Of a stretch of DNA of 64,000 nucleotides, positions 25,043-38,660 are shown piece after piece. The notes below the pieces were generated by a model that was not told the DNA's origin, ran no database searches, and saw only the letters and a list, made by a program, of their open reading frames with translations. This DNA comes from Anthoceros angustus (taxonomy: Eukaryota > Plantae > Anthocerotophyta). Where the stretch lies: positions 1 to 64,000 of the forward strand of contig VJWM01000204.1 of the NCBI GenBank assembly GCA_010909165.1, in the 5' to 3' direction. Every line of letters begins with the position of its first letter. The first letter of the stretch is position 1. A program made the position numbers and the translations under genes.

Positions 25043-26663
25043 GGGCGAGACTTAAAATCAAAATGCCTCCGGACTCGAACTTGAAATCTTGTTATCCATT
25101 CTTCTTGCATGTAACTTTTCATAATTCTATGATCTACATTGTTAAGGTTTGTTCAATGAAGATTGATGTTCTCCTTTACGGAGGGATGAGTTTATGCATG
25201 TATATTCCTATGTGTGCTAACAATTCATTCTCTACTTGTTCTCTGAGTTTCCCTAGAGGGCACGTAAATTACCCAAAGGCGAGACCTAAACCGAAAGATT
25301 TCCTCCGCCATGAACTTAAAAATCTCACATTCTTGCAAATATCTTTTAATAATCGTGTGATCTACGGTTGTTAAGGTATGTTCCATGAAGATTCATGTTC
25401 TCCTTTATAGAGGGATGGGTGTATGCATGTGTATTCCGCGTGTTAACGAATTCATTCTACTTGTTCCCTCTGAGTTTCCCTAGAGGGCACGTAAATTACC
25501 CAAAGGCGAGACCTAAACCGAAAGATTTCCTCCGCACCATGAACTTAAAAATCTCACATTCTTGCAAATATCTTTTAATAATCGTGTGATCTCTAGTTGT
25601 TAAGGTTTGTTCAATGAAGATTCATGTTCTCCTTTACGGAGGGATGAGTTTATGCATGTATATTCCTATGTGTGCTAGCAATTCATTCTCTCTACTTGTT
25701 CTCTCAGGTTTCCCTAGAGGGCACGTACCCAAAGGGCGAGACCTAAACCGAAAGATTCCTCCGCACCATGAACTTAAAAATCTCACATTCTTGCAAATAT
25801 CTTTTAATAATCGTGTGATCTACTGTTGTTAAGGTATGTTCCATGAAGATTCATGTTCTCCTTTATAGAGGGATGGGTGTATGCATGTGTATTCCTGTTA
25901 ATTCATTCTCTCTACTTGTTCCCTACAGTTTCCCTAGAGGGCACGTAAATTACCCAAAGGCGAGACCTAAACCGAAAGATTTCCTCCGCACCATGAACTT
26001 AAAAATCTCACATTCTTGCAAATATCTTTTAATAATCGTGTGATCTCTGTTGTTAAGGTTTGTTCAATGAAGATTCATGTTCTCCTTTATAGAGGGATGA
26101 GTTTATGCATGTATGTTCCTGTGTGTGCTAATTCATTCTCTCTACTTGTTCAGGTTTCCCTAGAGGGCACGTAAATTACCCAAAGGCGAGACCTAAACCG
26201 AAAGATTTCCTCCATGAACTTAAAAATCTATTCTTGCAAATATCTTTTAATAATTATGATCTATTGTTAAGGTATGTTCCATGAAGATTCATGTTCTATA
26301 GAGGGATGGGTGTATGCATGTGTATTCCGTGTTAACGAATTCATTCTTTCTACTTGTTCTCGGGTTTCTAGAGGGCACGTAAATTACCCAAAGGCGAGAC
26401 CTAAACCGAAAGATTTCCTCCGCACCATGAACTTAAAAATCTCACATTCTTGCAAATATCTTTTAATAATTGTGTGATCTCGATTGTTAAGGTTTGTTCA
26501 ATGAAGATTCATGTTCTCCTTTATAGAGGATGAGTTTATGCATGTATGTTCCTGTGTGCTAACGAATTCATTCTCTCTACTTGTTCCTGGAGTTTCCCTA
26601 GAATTACCCAAAGGGCGAGACCTAAACCGAAAGAAATACTCCTATTTATCAATCTTTAAAATT
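25020..26663 (+). repeat. ~230-bp modules x7 (ABABABA), unit 3
   Basis: Seven TTAAGGT(T/A)TGTTC donors spaced ~215-230 bp apart. Confidence 0.9.
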
Positions 26664-27460
26664 ATGGAGTCCACAATGAAAATTGAAGTGAGAATGTTTG
26701 AAGAAAGATACATATGTGGAAAATGTATCGGTGAGGTTTTTCCAAAGTCTATGAATGCTATGACAAATATACGGAAAGATATTTGCCTGCAAAATTATGA
26801 AAAATCTAAAGACATAAATGATGCAATATGTAGAGAGATCAACACTCTTGATCTCTTCCAAAATATTCTCATATTATTAACACAAAAGTGTTCATGAGGA
26901 TATTGAACATATTTATATTGTGATGGAGCTATGTACCAATGGTACACTAAAGGATGAACTAAAAAGGGGAGCTTATTGTGAAGAGGATGCAAAAATACTT
27001 ATGTTTAACCTAATGGAGGCAATCAATTTTGCCACAGGCATAATGTTATGCATCGCGATTTGAAACCGCTAATATACTATTACTTGCCTCAAGTCATACT
27101 AGCGAGACTTTGGTTTTTCCTTCCATGTCTCCAAAACGAACATGAATTATTATGCGAGTGGAACCCCATGTTACATGGCTCGAGGTATTGGAGTCGGACG
27201 ATGTAAACATAAGCTATACTTCAAAAGCCGATATTTGGAGCGCAGGAGTCATTTTGTATGAAGTTTTAACCGAAATCGTCCTTATATAGGATATGAGTTC
27301 GAACAAAAGAAGAATGGATAACTCAATTGGACCTAGATGAGTGGCCCAACATGTCACAGTGAAAGATCTACTACACTCAATGTTACATTTAGAACAAGAG
27401 TGTAGACGGATCTGTACAGTTCTAAACCATTCTTGGTTTTGCTCGCTATCTTATATATGA
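26664..27460 (+). CDS. Ser/Thr kinase copy 3
   Basis: Same ATGGAGTCCACAATG start and TCTTATATATGA end; kinase motifs present across frames. Confidence 0.85.
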
Positions 27461-27959
27461 AAGATAGTAATTTTATTACATAAGAACTTTTATTTGTATT
27501 ATATATTTTTAATATAATGATTTTTATTTTAACTTTATTCATAATTTCATTAAACCACTCTTGATTACTCTTTCTTGTGGAAAGTCTTCAAGCCATGCAA
27601 GCGATCATGAAAATTGATGTAGTGAAGCTAAGATTGGAGTATATCGCTATGTGTTTAGCTTGATGAGTCTTTGTTTTGGTCATTGTCATAGCATGGCATA
27701 ATAGCATCGGACAATTTCTTCTTCTATAGCTACGCATATTATAGTTACTAAATCGCATGTTAGAATCTTGACGTTCGACCACGATTTTACTCTGGCCGCT
27801 TCTCACGTGCTAGGGACGACCACACCAAGGGTGTGCGAATGTTTTGAATCATGAGCAAGGCGAACGTGGCACAGGCGGAGTGTGAAGATGGCGGCGTGCG
27901 AGAAGGAAAATTGGCATTTAGGGTGAAACGGCTATTGTTGAAGTCCCACCTTGCAGTCC

Positions 27960-28600
27960 ACGGAGAGAACTCCCCTGCACAATGGCAATGGACACCGTTG
28001 CTGAAGAAGCCATCACACAAGAAAGGCGCTGGTAGGCTTTAGCACAGCCTTGATGAACTGGAGAAATCCTTGCCCATGGCCCCGTGAGTCTCGATGGCAA
28101 GGGGATGAAGGCGTGGCCCTTCTTGCATGGGCGAGTACTTGTGAACGCTCGTTGTCGCGCATCTCTCCGCCACCCAACCGGAGGGTTGATGATGGCGTGC
28201 TTGCAGCATGTCCGCAAGGTGCATTACACATCCACACTACCGTCCCCCTCGGTGTCGAGAACATGGCGTCGTGGACGGCGTGATGCGAGCAATGCCCGCC
28301 AATTTGGAGGCGAGGGCTACGGCGTCTAAAGAGAGCAGCCAAAGGTTGGACCAAACCCGGTGAACCTCATCGCGGTAGAAAAGAAGCCGGTCACTCGAAA
28401 TACCTTGATGCAAGGTCGGGCTAGAAGCCATGAACTGCTCCTTCCCGAGCAAGAGCGGAGGCGAGCTCGAGTGGTCAAGGAATGGAGGAATCGAGGAGCA
28501 AAGCCCAGCGTGCCCATACAAGTTTCTTCTCATGGAGGGAGGCCAAAGCCCCACGCAGCCCGTCCATGAGAACGAGGACGAATGCGGCATGACCGCCCTA
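27960..28600 (-). mobile_element. CRE-like remnant, unit 3
   Basis: PLAIETHGAMGKDF and SWLLARPCIKVFRV present. Confidence 0.75.
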
Positions 28601-29489
28601 GCCTCGAGGATAGGACACCCCTAGCCAATCTTAAGGACAAGCATGCAAGGAAGGCGCCTCCTCGGCCGAGGCGAAGGCCTTGAAGATGCGGTAATCCCTG
28701 GATTAGGAAATGGGAGGCCTAGATGCGGGTTGAGAGGACCAAGCTCAAGCGTCGTGCGGATGCCTTGGCGCACTCTAAGGGCCGCTCTTGCGAGGTAAGC
28801 AATTGCATTCATGTGAGCACTTCCTCAACGGACAACCAAGCAAAACAAGTCTAATATGCAAATACCAATTTGTAACACTAGGAGAGAGTAGAGCGTTGTG
28901 GTTTTCCTCCCTCTCCCACGAGAACAACACGCAAATTGTCGGCACATGGCTCTGAGTGATAGCTTTGGCCTCCTCACAACTCTCATATGTAGAGGACAAG
29001 GACAAGATGATGTGAGCTTGTCCTTTGAAAGGGTCTATATAGATATACTAGGCCTTGGCATTGGCATATTCCTAAGATATCCTATCGCATCGGCATATGC
29101 AAATATCCAAAGAATACACCATAATATGCAAGGAATATGCTAAAGCATATAACTTGTGTTTATCCACTTAGTTATTGCTAACCGTGTTTAATTAGATGTC
29201 GATGCTTAATTAACATAACCATTATATTAATTAATTAATACTAATAACTTACTTAATGATAAGTCATTAGATTAATTAATGCTAGATATAAATGAATTTA
29301 ACCACTTCATATTAATTAATTAATACTAATTACTTACTTAATGATAAGTCATTAGATTAATTAATGCTAGATATAAATGAATTTAACATAAATCAGCAGC
29401 ACTATCTCTTTCTAAAATAGATGCCAATATACCAATCGACACACGTAGTTGAAAATTTACCAATTTACTAGTTGCCAATATGAACTGGT

Positions 29490-31135
29490 AGTTTCTCATG
29501 GGGTATAAATGGTGAGACTTAAATCGAAACTCCGGACTACGAACAAATCTTGTTATCCATTCTTCTTGCATGTAACTTTTCATAATTCTATGATCTATTG
29601 TTAAGGTTTGTTCAATGAAGATTGATGTTCTCCTTTACGGAGGGATGAGTTTATGCATGTATATTCCTATGTGTGCTAACGAATTCATTCTCTACTTGTT
29701 CTCTGGGTTTCCCTAGAGGGCACGTAAATTACCCAAAGGCGAGACCTAAACCGAAAGATTTCCTCCGCCCCATGAACTTAAAAATCTCACATTCTTGCAA
29801 ATATCTTTTAATAATCGTGTGATCTCACATTGTTAAGGTATGTTCCATGAAGATTCATGTTCTCCTTTATAGAGGGATGGGTGTATGCATGTGTATTCCT
29901 GCATGTTAACTAATTCATTCTTTCTACTTGTTCCCTGGGTTTCTAGAGGGCACGTAAATTACCCAAAGGGGAGACCTAAACCGAAAGATTTCCTCCGCCA
30001 TGAACTTAAAAATCTCACATTCTTGCAAATATCTTTTAATAATCGTGTGATCTACGGTTGTTAAGGTTTGTTCAATGAAGATTCATGTTCTCCTTTACGG
30101 AGGATGAGTTTATGCATGTATATTCCTATGTGCTAACGAATTCATTCTCTCTACTTGTTCTCTGGTTTCCCTAGAGGGCACGTAAATTACCCAAAGGGCG
30201 AGACCTAAACCGAAAGATTCCTCCGCATCATGAACTTAAAAATCTCACATTCTTGCAAATATCTTTTAATAATCGTGTGATCTACTTGTTAAGGTATGTT
30301 CCATGAAGATTCATGTTCTCCTTTATAGAGGGATGGTGTATGCATGTGTATTCCTAGCGTGTTAACGAATTCATTCTTTCTACTTGTTCCCATGTGTTTC
30401 TAGAGGGCACGTAAATTACCCAAAGGGCGAGACCTAAACCGAAAGATTTCGACCATGAACTTAAAAATCTCACATTCTTGCAAATATCCTTTAATAATCG
30501 TGTGATCTACTGTTAAGGTTTGTTCAATGAAGATTCATGTTCTCCTTACGAGGGATGAGTTTATGCATGTATATTCCTATGTGTGCTAACGAATTCATTC
30601 TCTCTACTTGTTCTCTGGGTTTCCTAGAGGGCACGAAATTACCCAAAGGGCGAGACCTAAACCAAAGATTCCCTCCACCATGAACTTAAAAATCTCACAT
30701 TCTTGCAAATATCTTTTAATAATCGTGATCTACTAAGGTATGTTCCATGAAGATTCATGTTCTCCTTTATAGAGGGATGGGTGTATGCATGTATTCCATT
30801 AATTAATTCATTCTTTCTACTTGTTCCTCATGTTTCCCTAGAGGGCACGTAAATTACCCAAAGGGCGAGACCTAAACCGAAAGATTTCCTCCGACCATGA
30901 ACTTAAAAATCTCACATTCTTGCAAATATCTTTTAATAATCGTGTGATCTACGGTTGTTAAGGTTTGTTCAATGAAGATTCATGTTCTCCTTTACGGAGG
31001 GATGAGTTTATGCATGTATGTTCCTATGTGTGCTAGCAATTCATTCTCTACTTGTTCAGGGTTTCCTAGAGACGTAAATTACCCAAAGGCGGGACCTAAA
31101 AGAAGAAATACTCCTATTTATCAATCTTTAAAATT
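29490..31135 (+). repeat. ~230-bp modules x7, unit 4
   Basis: Seven donors with alternating variants. Confidence 0.9.
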
Positions 31136-31944
31136 ATGGAGTCCACAATGAAAATTGAAGTGAGAATGTTTGAAGAAAGATACATATGTGGAAAATGTAT
31201 CGGTGAAGGAGGTTTTTCCAAAGTCTATGAATGCTATGACAAATATACGGAAAGATATTTGCCTGCAAAATTATGAAAAATCTAAAGACATAAATGATGC
31301 AATATGTAGAGAGATCAACACTCTTGATCTCTTCCAAAATATTCTCATATTATTAACACAAAAGTGTTCATGAGGATATTGAACATATTTATATTGTGAT
31401 GGAGCTATGTACCAATGGTACACTAAAGGATGAACTAAAAAGGGGAGCTTATTGTGAAGAGGATGCAAAATACTTATGTTTAACCTAATGGAGGCAATCA
31501 ATTTTGCCAGGCATAATGTTATGCATCGCGATTTGAAACCGGCTAATATACTATTACTTAGCCGCTCAAAGTCATACTAGCGACTTTGGTTTGTCTGCTC
31601 CATGTCTCCAAAACGAACATGAATTATTGTGTGGGAGTCGCAGAACCCCATGTTACATGGACCGGAGGTATTGAGTCGAGACGATGTAAACATAAGCTAT
31701 ACTTCAAAAGCCGATATTTGGAGCGCAGGAGTCATTTTGTATGAAGTTTTAACGAAATCGTCCTTATATAGGATATGAGTTCGATAAAAAGAAGAATGGA
31801 TAACTCAATTGGACCTAGATGAGTGGCCCAACATGTCACCAAGTGAAGATCTACTACACTCAATGTTACATTTAGAACAAGAGTGTAGACCGGATGCAGC
31901 AAGTTCTAAACCATTCTTGGTTTTGCTCGCTATCTTATATATGA
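31136..31944 (+). CDS. Ser/Thr kinase copy 4
   Basis: Same start and stop; HRDLKPANILL intact (CATCGCGATTTGAAACCGGCTAATATA). Confidence 0.85.
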
Positions 31945-32429
31945 AAGATAGTAATTTTATTATATAAGAACTTTTATTTGTATTATATATTTTAATATAA
32001 TGATTTTTATTTTAACTTTATTCATAATTTCATTAAACCACTCTTGGCCTCTTTCTTGTGGAAAGTCTTCAAGCCATGCAAGCGGTCATGAAAATTGATG
32101 TAGTGAAGCTAAGATTGGAGTATATCGCTATGTGTTTAGTGAGTCTTTTGGTCATTGTCATAGCATGGCATAATAGCATCGGACAATTTCTTCTTCTATA
32201 GCTACGCATATTATAGTTACTAAATCGCATGTTAGAATCTTGACGGGTTCGCAAACCCCGATTCTGCGGCTCTAAGCGGCGCTCAGCGTGCTTAGGACGA
32301 CCACCAAGGGTGTGCGAATGTTTTGAATCATGAGCCGGAGCAAAATGGCGAGGCGGAGTGTGAAGATGGCGGCGAGAAGGAAAATTGGCATTTAGGGCTA
32401 TTGTTGAAGTCCCACCTTGCAGCATCACG

Positions 32430-33040
32430 GAGAGAACTCCTAGCAGGCAATGGACACCCGTTCGAAGAAGCCATCACACAAGAGGGGGGCGGTGGTAGGC
32501 TTTAGCACAGCCTTGATGAACTGAGAAATCCTTGCCCATGGCCCCGTGAGTCTCGATGGCAAGGGGATGAAGGCGTGGCCCTTCTTGCATGGGCGAGTAC
32601 TTGTGAACGCTCGTTGTCGCGCATCTCTCCGCCACCCAACCCGGAGGGTTGATGATGGCGTGCTTGGCGGCGGGTCTGCAGGCCACATCCACAAACGGTC
32701 CCCCTCGGCCGTGAACATGGCGTCGCGGCGTGATCACGTAACAATGCGCTGCCCATGGAGCGAGGGGCTACTGGCAGTCTAAAGAGAGCAGCCAAAGGTT
32801 GGACCAAACCGTGAACCTCATCAAGTAGAAAAAAGCGGTGCGACTCAAATACCTTGATGCAAGGTCGGGCTAGAAGCCATGAACTGCTCCCTTCCCCGAG
32901 CAAGAGCGGAGGCGAGCTCGAGCTGGTCAAGGAATGGAGGAATCGAGGAGCAAAGCCACCGTGCCCATACAAGTTTCTTCTCATGGAGGGAGGCCAAAAG
33001 CACCCTCCCAGCGAGAAGATGCGGCATGACCGCCCTAGCC
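32430..33040 (-). mobile_element. CRE-like remnant, unit 4
   Basis: Same motifs. Confidence 0.75.
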
Positions 33041-33984
33041 TCGGGAGGATAGGACACCCCTAGCCAATCTTAAGGACAAGCAAAGGCGCCTCCTCGGCCG
33101 ACAAGGCCTTGAAGATGCGTAATCCCTGTGGGATTAGGAAATGGGAGGCCTAGATGCGGGTTGAGAGGACCAAGCTGCGTCGTGCCATGCCTTGCGGCGC
33201 CTCTAAGGGGCCGCTCTTGAGGTAAGCAATTGCATTCATGTGAGCACTTCCTCAACCCAACCAAGCAAAACAAGTCTAATATGCAAATACCAATTTGTAA
33301 CACTAGGAGAGTAAGCTTGTGGTTTTCCTCCTCTCCCCACGAACAACACGCAAATTGTCGGCACATGGCTCGGTGATAGCTTTGGCCTCCTCACAACTCT
33401 CTTGCATTGCATATGTAGACAAGTTATGATGAGCTTGGCTGTGAAAGGTCTATATAGACATATAGGCCTTGGCATTGGCATATTCCTAAGATATCCTATT
33501 GGCACGATATGCCGGAAATATCCAAAGAATACACCATAATATGCAAGGAATATGCTAAAGCATATAACTTGTGTTTATCCACTTAGTTGCTAACCGTGTT
33601 TAATTAACGATGTCGATGCTTAATTAACATAACCACTTATATTAATTAATTAATACTAATAACTTACTTAATGATAAGTCATTAGATTAATTAATGCTAG
33701 ATATAAATGAATTTAACCACTTATTAATTAATTAATACTAATAACTTACTTAATGATAGGTCATTAGATTAATTAATGCTAGATATAAATGAATTTAACC
33801 ACTTATATTAATTAATTAATACTAATAACTTACTTAATGATAAGTCATTAGATTAATTAATGCTAGATATAAATGAATTTAACATAAATCAGCAGCACTA
33901 TCTCTTTCTAAAATAGATGCCAATATACCAATCGACACACCGTTGAAAATTTACCAATTTACTAGTTGCCAATATGAAGCCCGT

Positions 33985-36082
33985 AGTTTCTCATGGGGTA
34001 TAAATGAGACTTAAAATCGAAACGCTGACTCGAACTTCAAATCTTGTTATCCATTCTTCTTGCATGTAACTTTTCATAATTCTATGATCTACGGTTGTTA
34101 AGGTTTGTTCAATGAAGATTGATGTTCTCCTTACGGAGGGATGAGTTTATGCATGTATATTCCTATGTGTGCTAATTCATTCTCTCTACTTGTTCTCTCA
34201 GTTTCCCTAGAGGGCACGTAAATTACCCAAAGGCGAGACCTAAACCGAAAGATTTCCTCCGCGCCATGAACTTAAAAATCACATTCTTGCAAATATCTTT
34301 TAATAATCGTGTGATCTACGGTTGTTAAGGTATGTTCCATGAAGATTCATGTTCTCCTTTATAGAGGGATGGGTGTATGCATGTATATTCGCGTGTTAAC
34401 GAATTCATTCTTTCTACTTGTTCCCTCTGAGGTTTCTAGAGGGCACGTAAATTACCCAAAGGGCGAGACCTAAACCGAAAGATTTCCTCCGCACCATGAA
34501 CTTAAAAATCTCACATTCTTGCAAATATCTTTTAATAATCGTGTGATCTACTTGTTAAGGTTTGTTCAATGAAGATTCATGTTCTCCTTACGGAGGGATG
34601 AGTTTATGCATGTATTCCTATGTGTGCTAATTCATTCTCTCTACTTGTTCTCTGAGTTTCCTAGAGGGCACGTAAATTACCCAAAGGGCGAGACCTAAAC
34701 CGAAAGATTTCCTCCATGAACTTAAAAATCTCACATTCTTGCAAATATCTTTTAATAATAATGATCTACGGTTGTTAAGGTATGTTCCATGAAGATTCAT
34801 GTTCTCCTTTATAGAGGGATGGGTGTATGCATGTATATTCCTATGTGTGCTAGCAATTCATTCTTCTACTTGTTCTCAGTTTCTAGAGGCACGAATTACC
34901 CAAAGGCGAGACCTAAACCAAAGATTTCCTCCGCACCATGAACTTAAAAATCTCACATTCTTGCAAATATCTTTTAATAATCGTGTGATCTATTGTTAAG
35001 GTTTGTTCAATGAAGATTCATGTTCTCCTTTATAGAGGGATGAGTTTATGCATGTATATTCCTATGTGTGCTAATGAATTCATTCTCTACTTGTTCTCTG
35101 TTTCCCTAGAGGGCACGTAAATTACCCAAAGGGCGACCTAAACCGAAAGATTTCCTCCGCCATGAACTTAAAAATCTCACATTCTTGCAAATATCTTTTA
35201 ATAATCGTGTGATCTACTTGTTAAGGTATGTTCCATGAAGATTCATGTTCTCCTTTATAGAGGGATGGGTGTATGCATGTATTCCTATGTGTGCTAACGA
35301 ATTCATTCTTTCTACTTGTTCTCTGGGTTTCCCTAGAGGGCACGTAAATTACCCAAAGGGCGAGACCTAAACCGAAAGATTTCCTCCGCACCATGAACTT
35401 AAAAATCTCACATTCTTGCAAATATCTTTTAATAATCGTGTGATCTACTTGTTAAGGTTTGTTCAATGAAGATTCATGTTCTCCTTTATAGAGGGATGAG
35501 TTTATGCATGTATTTCCCGTGTTAACGAATTCATTCTCTCTACTTGTTCTCTGGGTTTCCCTAGAGGGCACGTAAATTACCCAAAGGGCGAGACCTAAAC
35601 CGAAAGATTTCCTCCGCACCATGAACTTAAAAATCTCACATTCTTGCAAATATCTTTTAATAATCGTGATCTACGGTTGTTAAGGTTTGTTCATGAAGAT
35701 TCATGTTCTCCTTTATAGAGGGATGGGTGTATGCATGTATATTCCTAGCAACGAATTCATTCTTCTACTTGTTCTCAGGTTTCCCTAGAGGCACGTAAAT
35801 TACCCAAAGGGCGAGACCTAAACCGAAAGATTTCCTCCGCACCATGAACTTAAAAATCTCACATTCTTGCAAATATCTTTTAATAATCGTGTGATCTACT
35901 TGTTAAGGTTTGTTCAATGAAGATTCATGTTCTCCTTTATAGAGGGATGAGTTTATGCATGTATGTTCTGTAGCACAATTCATTCTCTACTTGTTCCCCG
36001 GGTTTCCCTAGAGGGCACGTAAATTACCCAAAGGCGGACCTAAACCGAAAGAAATACTCCTATTTATCAATCTTTTAAAATT
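33985..36082 (+). repeat. ~230-bp modules x9, unit 5
   Basis: Nine donors; 2-3 further degraded modules at 36412-36963. Confidence 0.9.
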
Positions 36083-36411
36083 ATGGAGTCCACAATGAAA
36101 ATTGAAGTGAGAATGTTTGAAGAAAGATACATATGTGGAAAATGTATCGAAGGAGGTTTTTCCAAAGTCTATGAATGCTATGACAAATATACGGAAAGAT
36201 ATTTGCCTGCAAAATTATGAAAAATCTAAAGACATAAATGATGCAATATGTAGAGAGATCAACACTCTTCGATCTCTTCCAAAATATTCTCATATTATTA
36301 ACACAAAAGTGTTCATGAGGATATTGAACATATTTATATTGTGATGGAGCTATGTACCAATGGTACACTAAAGGATGAACTAAAAAAGGGGAGCTTATTG
36401 TGAAGAGGATG
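36083..36411 (+). pseudogene. 5' part of kinase, truncated, jumping back into a 230-bp module
   Basis: Kinase sequence runs to GAAGAGGATG then continues as module sequence GGTGTATGCATG. Confidence 0.75.
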
Positions 36412-36963
36412 GGTGTATGCATGTGTGTATTGTAGTGTTAACGAATTCATTCTTTCTACTTGTTCTCAGTTTCCCTAGAGGGCAAATTACCCAAAGGCGA
36501 GACCTAAACCGAAAGATTTCCTCCGCACATGAACTTAAAAATCTCAAAAATATCTTTTAATAATCGTGTGATCTCATTGATTTGTTCAATGAAGATTCAT
36601 GTTCTCCTCCTTTATAGAGGATGAGTTTATGTATATTCCTATGTGTTGAATTCATTCTCTCTACTTGTTCCTGGAGTTTTAGAGGCACGTAAATTACCCA
36701 AAGGCGGACCTAAACCGAAAGATTTTGAATGAACTTAAAAATCTCACATTCTTGCAAATATCTTTTAATAATCGTGTGATCTACTTGTTAAGGTTTGTTC
36801 AATGAATTCATGTTCTCCTTTATAGAGGGATGAGTTTATGCATGTATGTTTGGTGCTGAATTCATTCTCTCTACTTGTTCTCTGTTTCCTAGAGGGCACG
36901 TAAATTACCCAAAGGCGGACCTAAACCGAAAGAAATACTCCTATTTATCAATCTTTTAAAATT

Positions 36964-37552
36964 ATGGAGTCCACAATGAAAATTGAGTGAGAATGTTTGA
37001 AGAAAGATACATATGTGGAAAATGTATCGGTGAAGGAGGTTTTTCCAAAGTCTATGAAGCTATGACAAATATATAAAGATATTTGCCTGCAAAATTATGA
37101 AAAATCTAAAGACATAAATGATGCAATATGTAGAGAGATCAACACTCTTCGATCTCTTCCAAAATATTCTCATATTATTAACACAAAAGTGTTCATGAGG
37201 ATATTGAACATATTTATATTGTGATGGAGCTATGTACCAATGGTACACTAAAGGATGAACTAAAAAGGGGAGCTTATTGTGAAGAGGATGCAAAATACTT
37301 ATGTTTAACCTAATCAATATTTTTAATATAATGATTTTTATTTTAACTTTATTCATAAATGACTAAGCCCAAAAGCTTGATATTTGATATGTTTTGAGAA
37401 GAATGGATAACTCAATTGGACCTAGATGAGTGGCCCAACATGTCTGCAGTGAAAGATCTACTACACTCAATGTTACATTTAGAACAAGAGTGTAGACCGG
37501 ATGCGCACAAGTTCTAAACCATTCTTGGTTTTGCTCGCTATCTTATATATGA
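36964..37552 (+). pseudogene. Kinase copy missing the HRD-DFG-APE segment
   Basis: At ~37313-37397 the catalytic-loop region is replaced by 3'-region-like AT-rich and scrambled sequence; could be an assembly artefact. Confidence 0.65.
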
Positions 37553-38044
37553 AAGATAGTAATTTTATTATATAAGAACTTTTATTTGTATTATATATTT
37601 TTAATATAATGATTTTTATTTTAACTTTATTCATAATTTCATTAAACCACTCTTGATCTCTTTCTTGTGAGAAAGTCTTCAAGCCATGCAAGCGGTCATG
37701 AAATTGATGTAGTGAAGCGAGATTGGAGTATATCGCTATGTGTTTAGCCGTGAGTTGTTTTGGTCATTGTCATAGCATGGCATAATAGCATCGGACAATT
37801 TCTTCTTCTATAGCTACGCATATTATAGTTACTAAATCGCATGTTAGAATCTTGTGGTTCGCAAACCCCGATTTCTGGCTCTAAGCGGTGCTCAACGTGC
37901 TGGGACGACCACACCAAGGGTGTGCGAATGTTTTGAATCATGAGCCGAGCACGAACGTGGCCCGAGGCGGAGTGTGAAGATGGCGGTATCGAGAAGGAAA
38001 ATTGGCATTTAGGGGTGACGCTATTGAAGTCCCACCTTGCCCAC

Positions 38045-38660
38045 GAGAGAACTCCTAGCAGGCAATGGACACCCGTTGCAAAGAAGCCATCACACAAGAA
38101 AAGGGGCGGTAGGCTTTAGCACAGCCTTGATGAACCGAGAAATCCTTGCCCATGGCCCCGTGAGTCTCGATGGCAAGGGGATGAAGGCGTGGCCCTTCTT
38201 GCATGGGCGAGTACTTGTGAACGTTCGTTGTCGCGCATCTCTCCGCCACCCAACCGGAGGGTTGATGATGACGTCTTGCGAGACGGTGTCCCGCAAGGTC
38301 TGTTCCACATCCCCTGGTCCATCGAGAACATGGCGTCGCGGGCGGCGTGATGCGTGGCAATGCGCTGCCCGCCCGGTTGGAGGCACTAAAGAGAGCGAGC
38401 CAAAGGTTGGACCAAACCAGTGAACCTCATGCGGTAGAAAAAGAAGCCGTGCGACTCAAATACCTTGATGCAAGGTCGGGCTAGAAGCCATGAACCTCCC
38501 TTCCCCGAGCAAGAGCGAGGCGAGCTCGAGCTGGTCAAGGAATGGAGGAATCGAGGAGCAAAGCCACGCGTGCCCATACAAGTTTCTTCTCATGGAGGGA
38601 GGCCAAAGCCCCCAGCCCGTCCAGAGACGAGGACGAATGCGGCATGACCGCCTAGCCTCG
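38045..38660 (-). mobile_element. CRE-like remnant, unit 5
   Basis: Same motifs. Confidence 0.75.

Noticed and set aside
25283-25295. Telomere-like CCTAAAC in each module
   Set aside because: A single imperfect motif per module, not a tandem (CCCTAAA)n tract.
25020-26663. CRISPR-like repeat/spacer array
   Set aside because: Whole ~230-bp units are repeated with no unique spacers; no cas genes; eukaryotic context.
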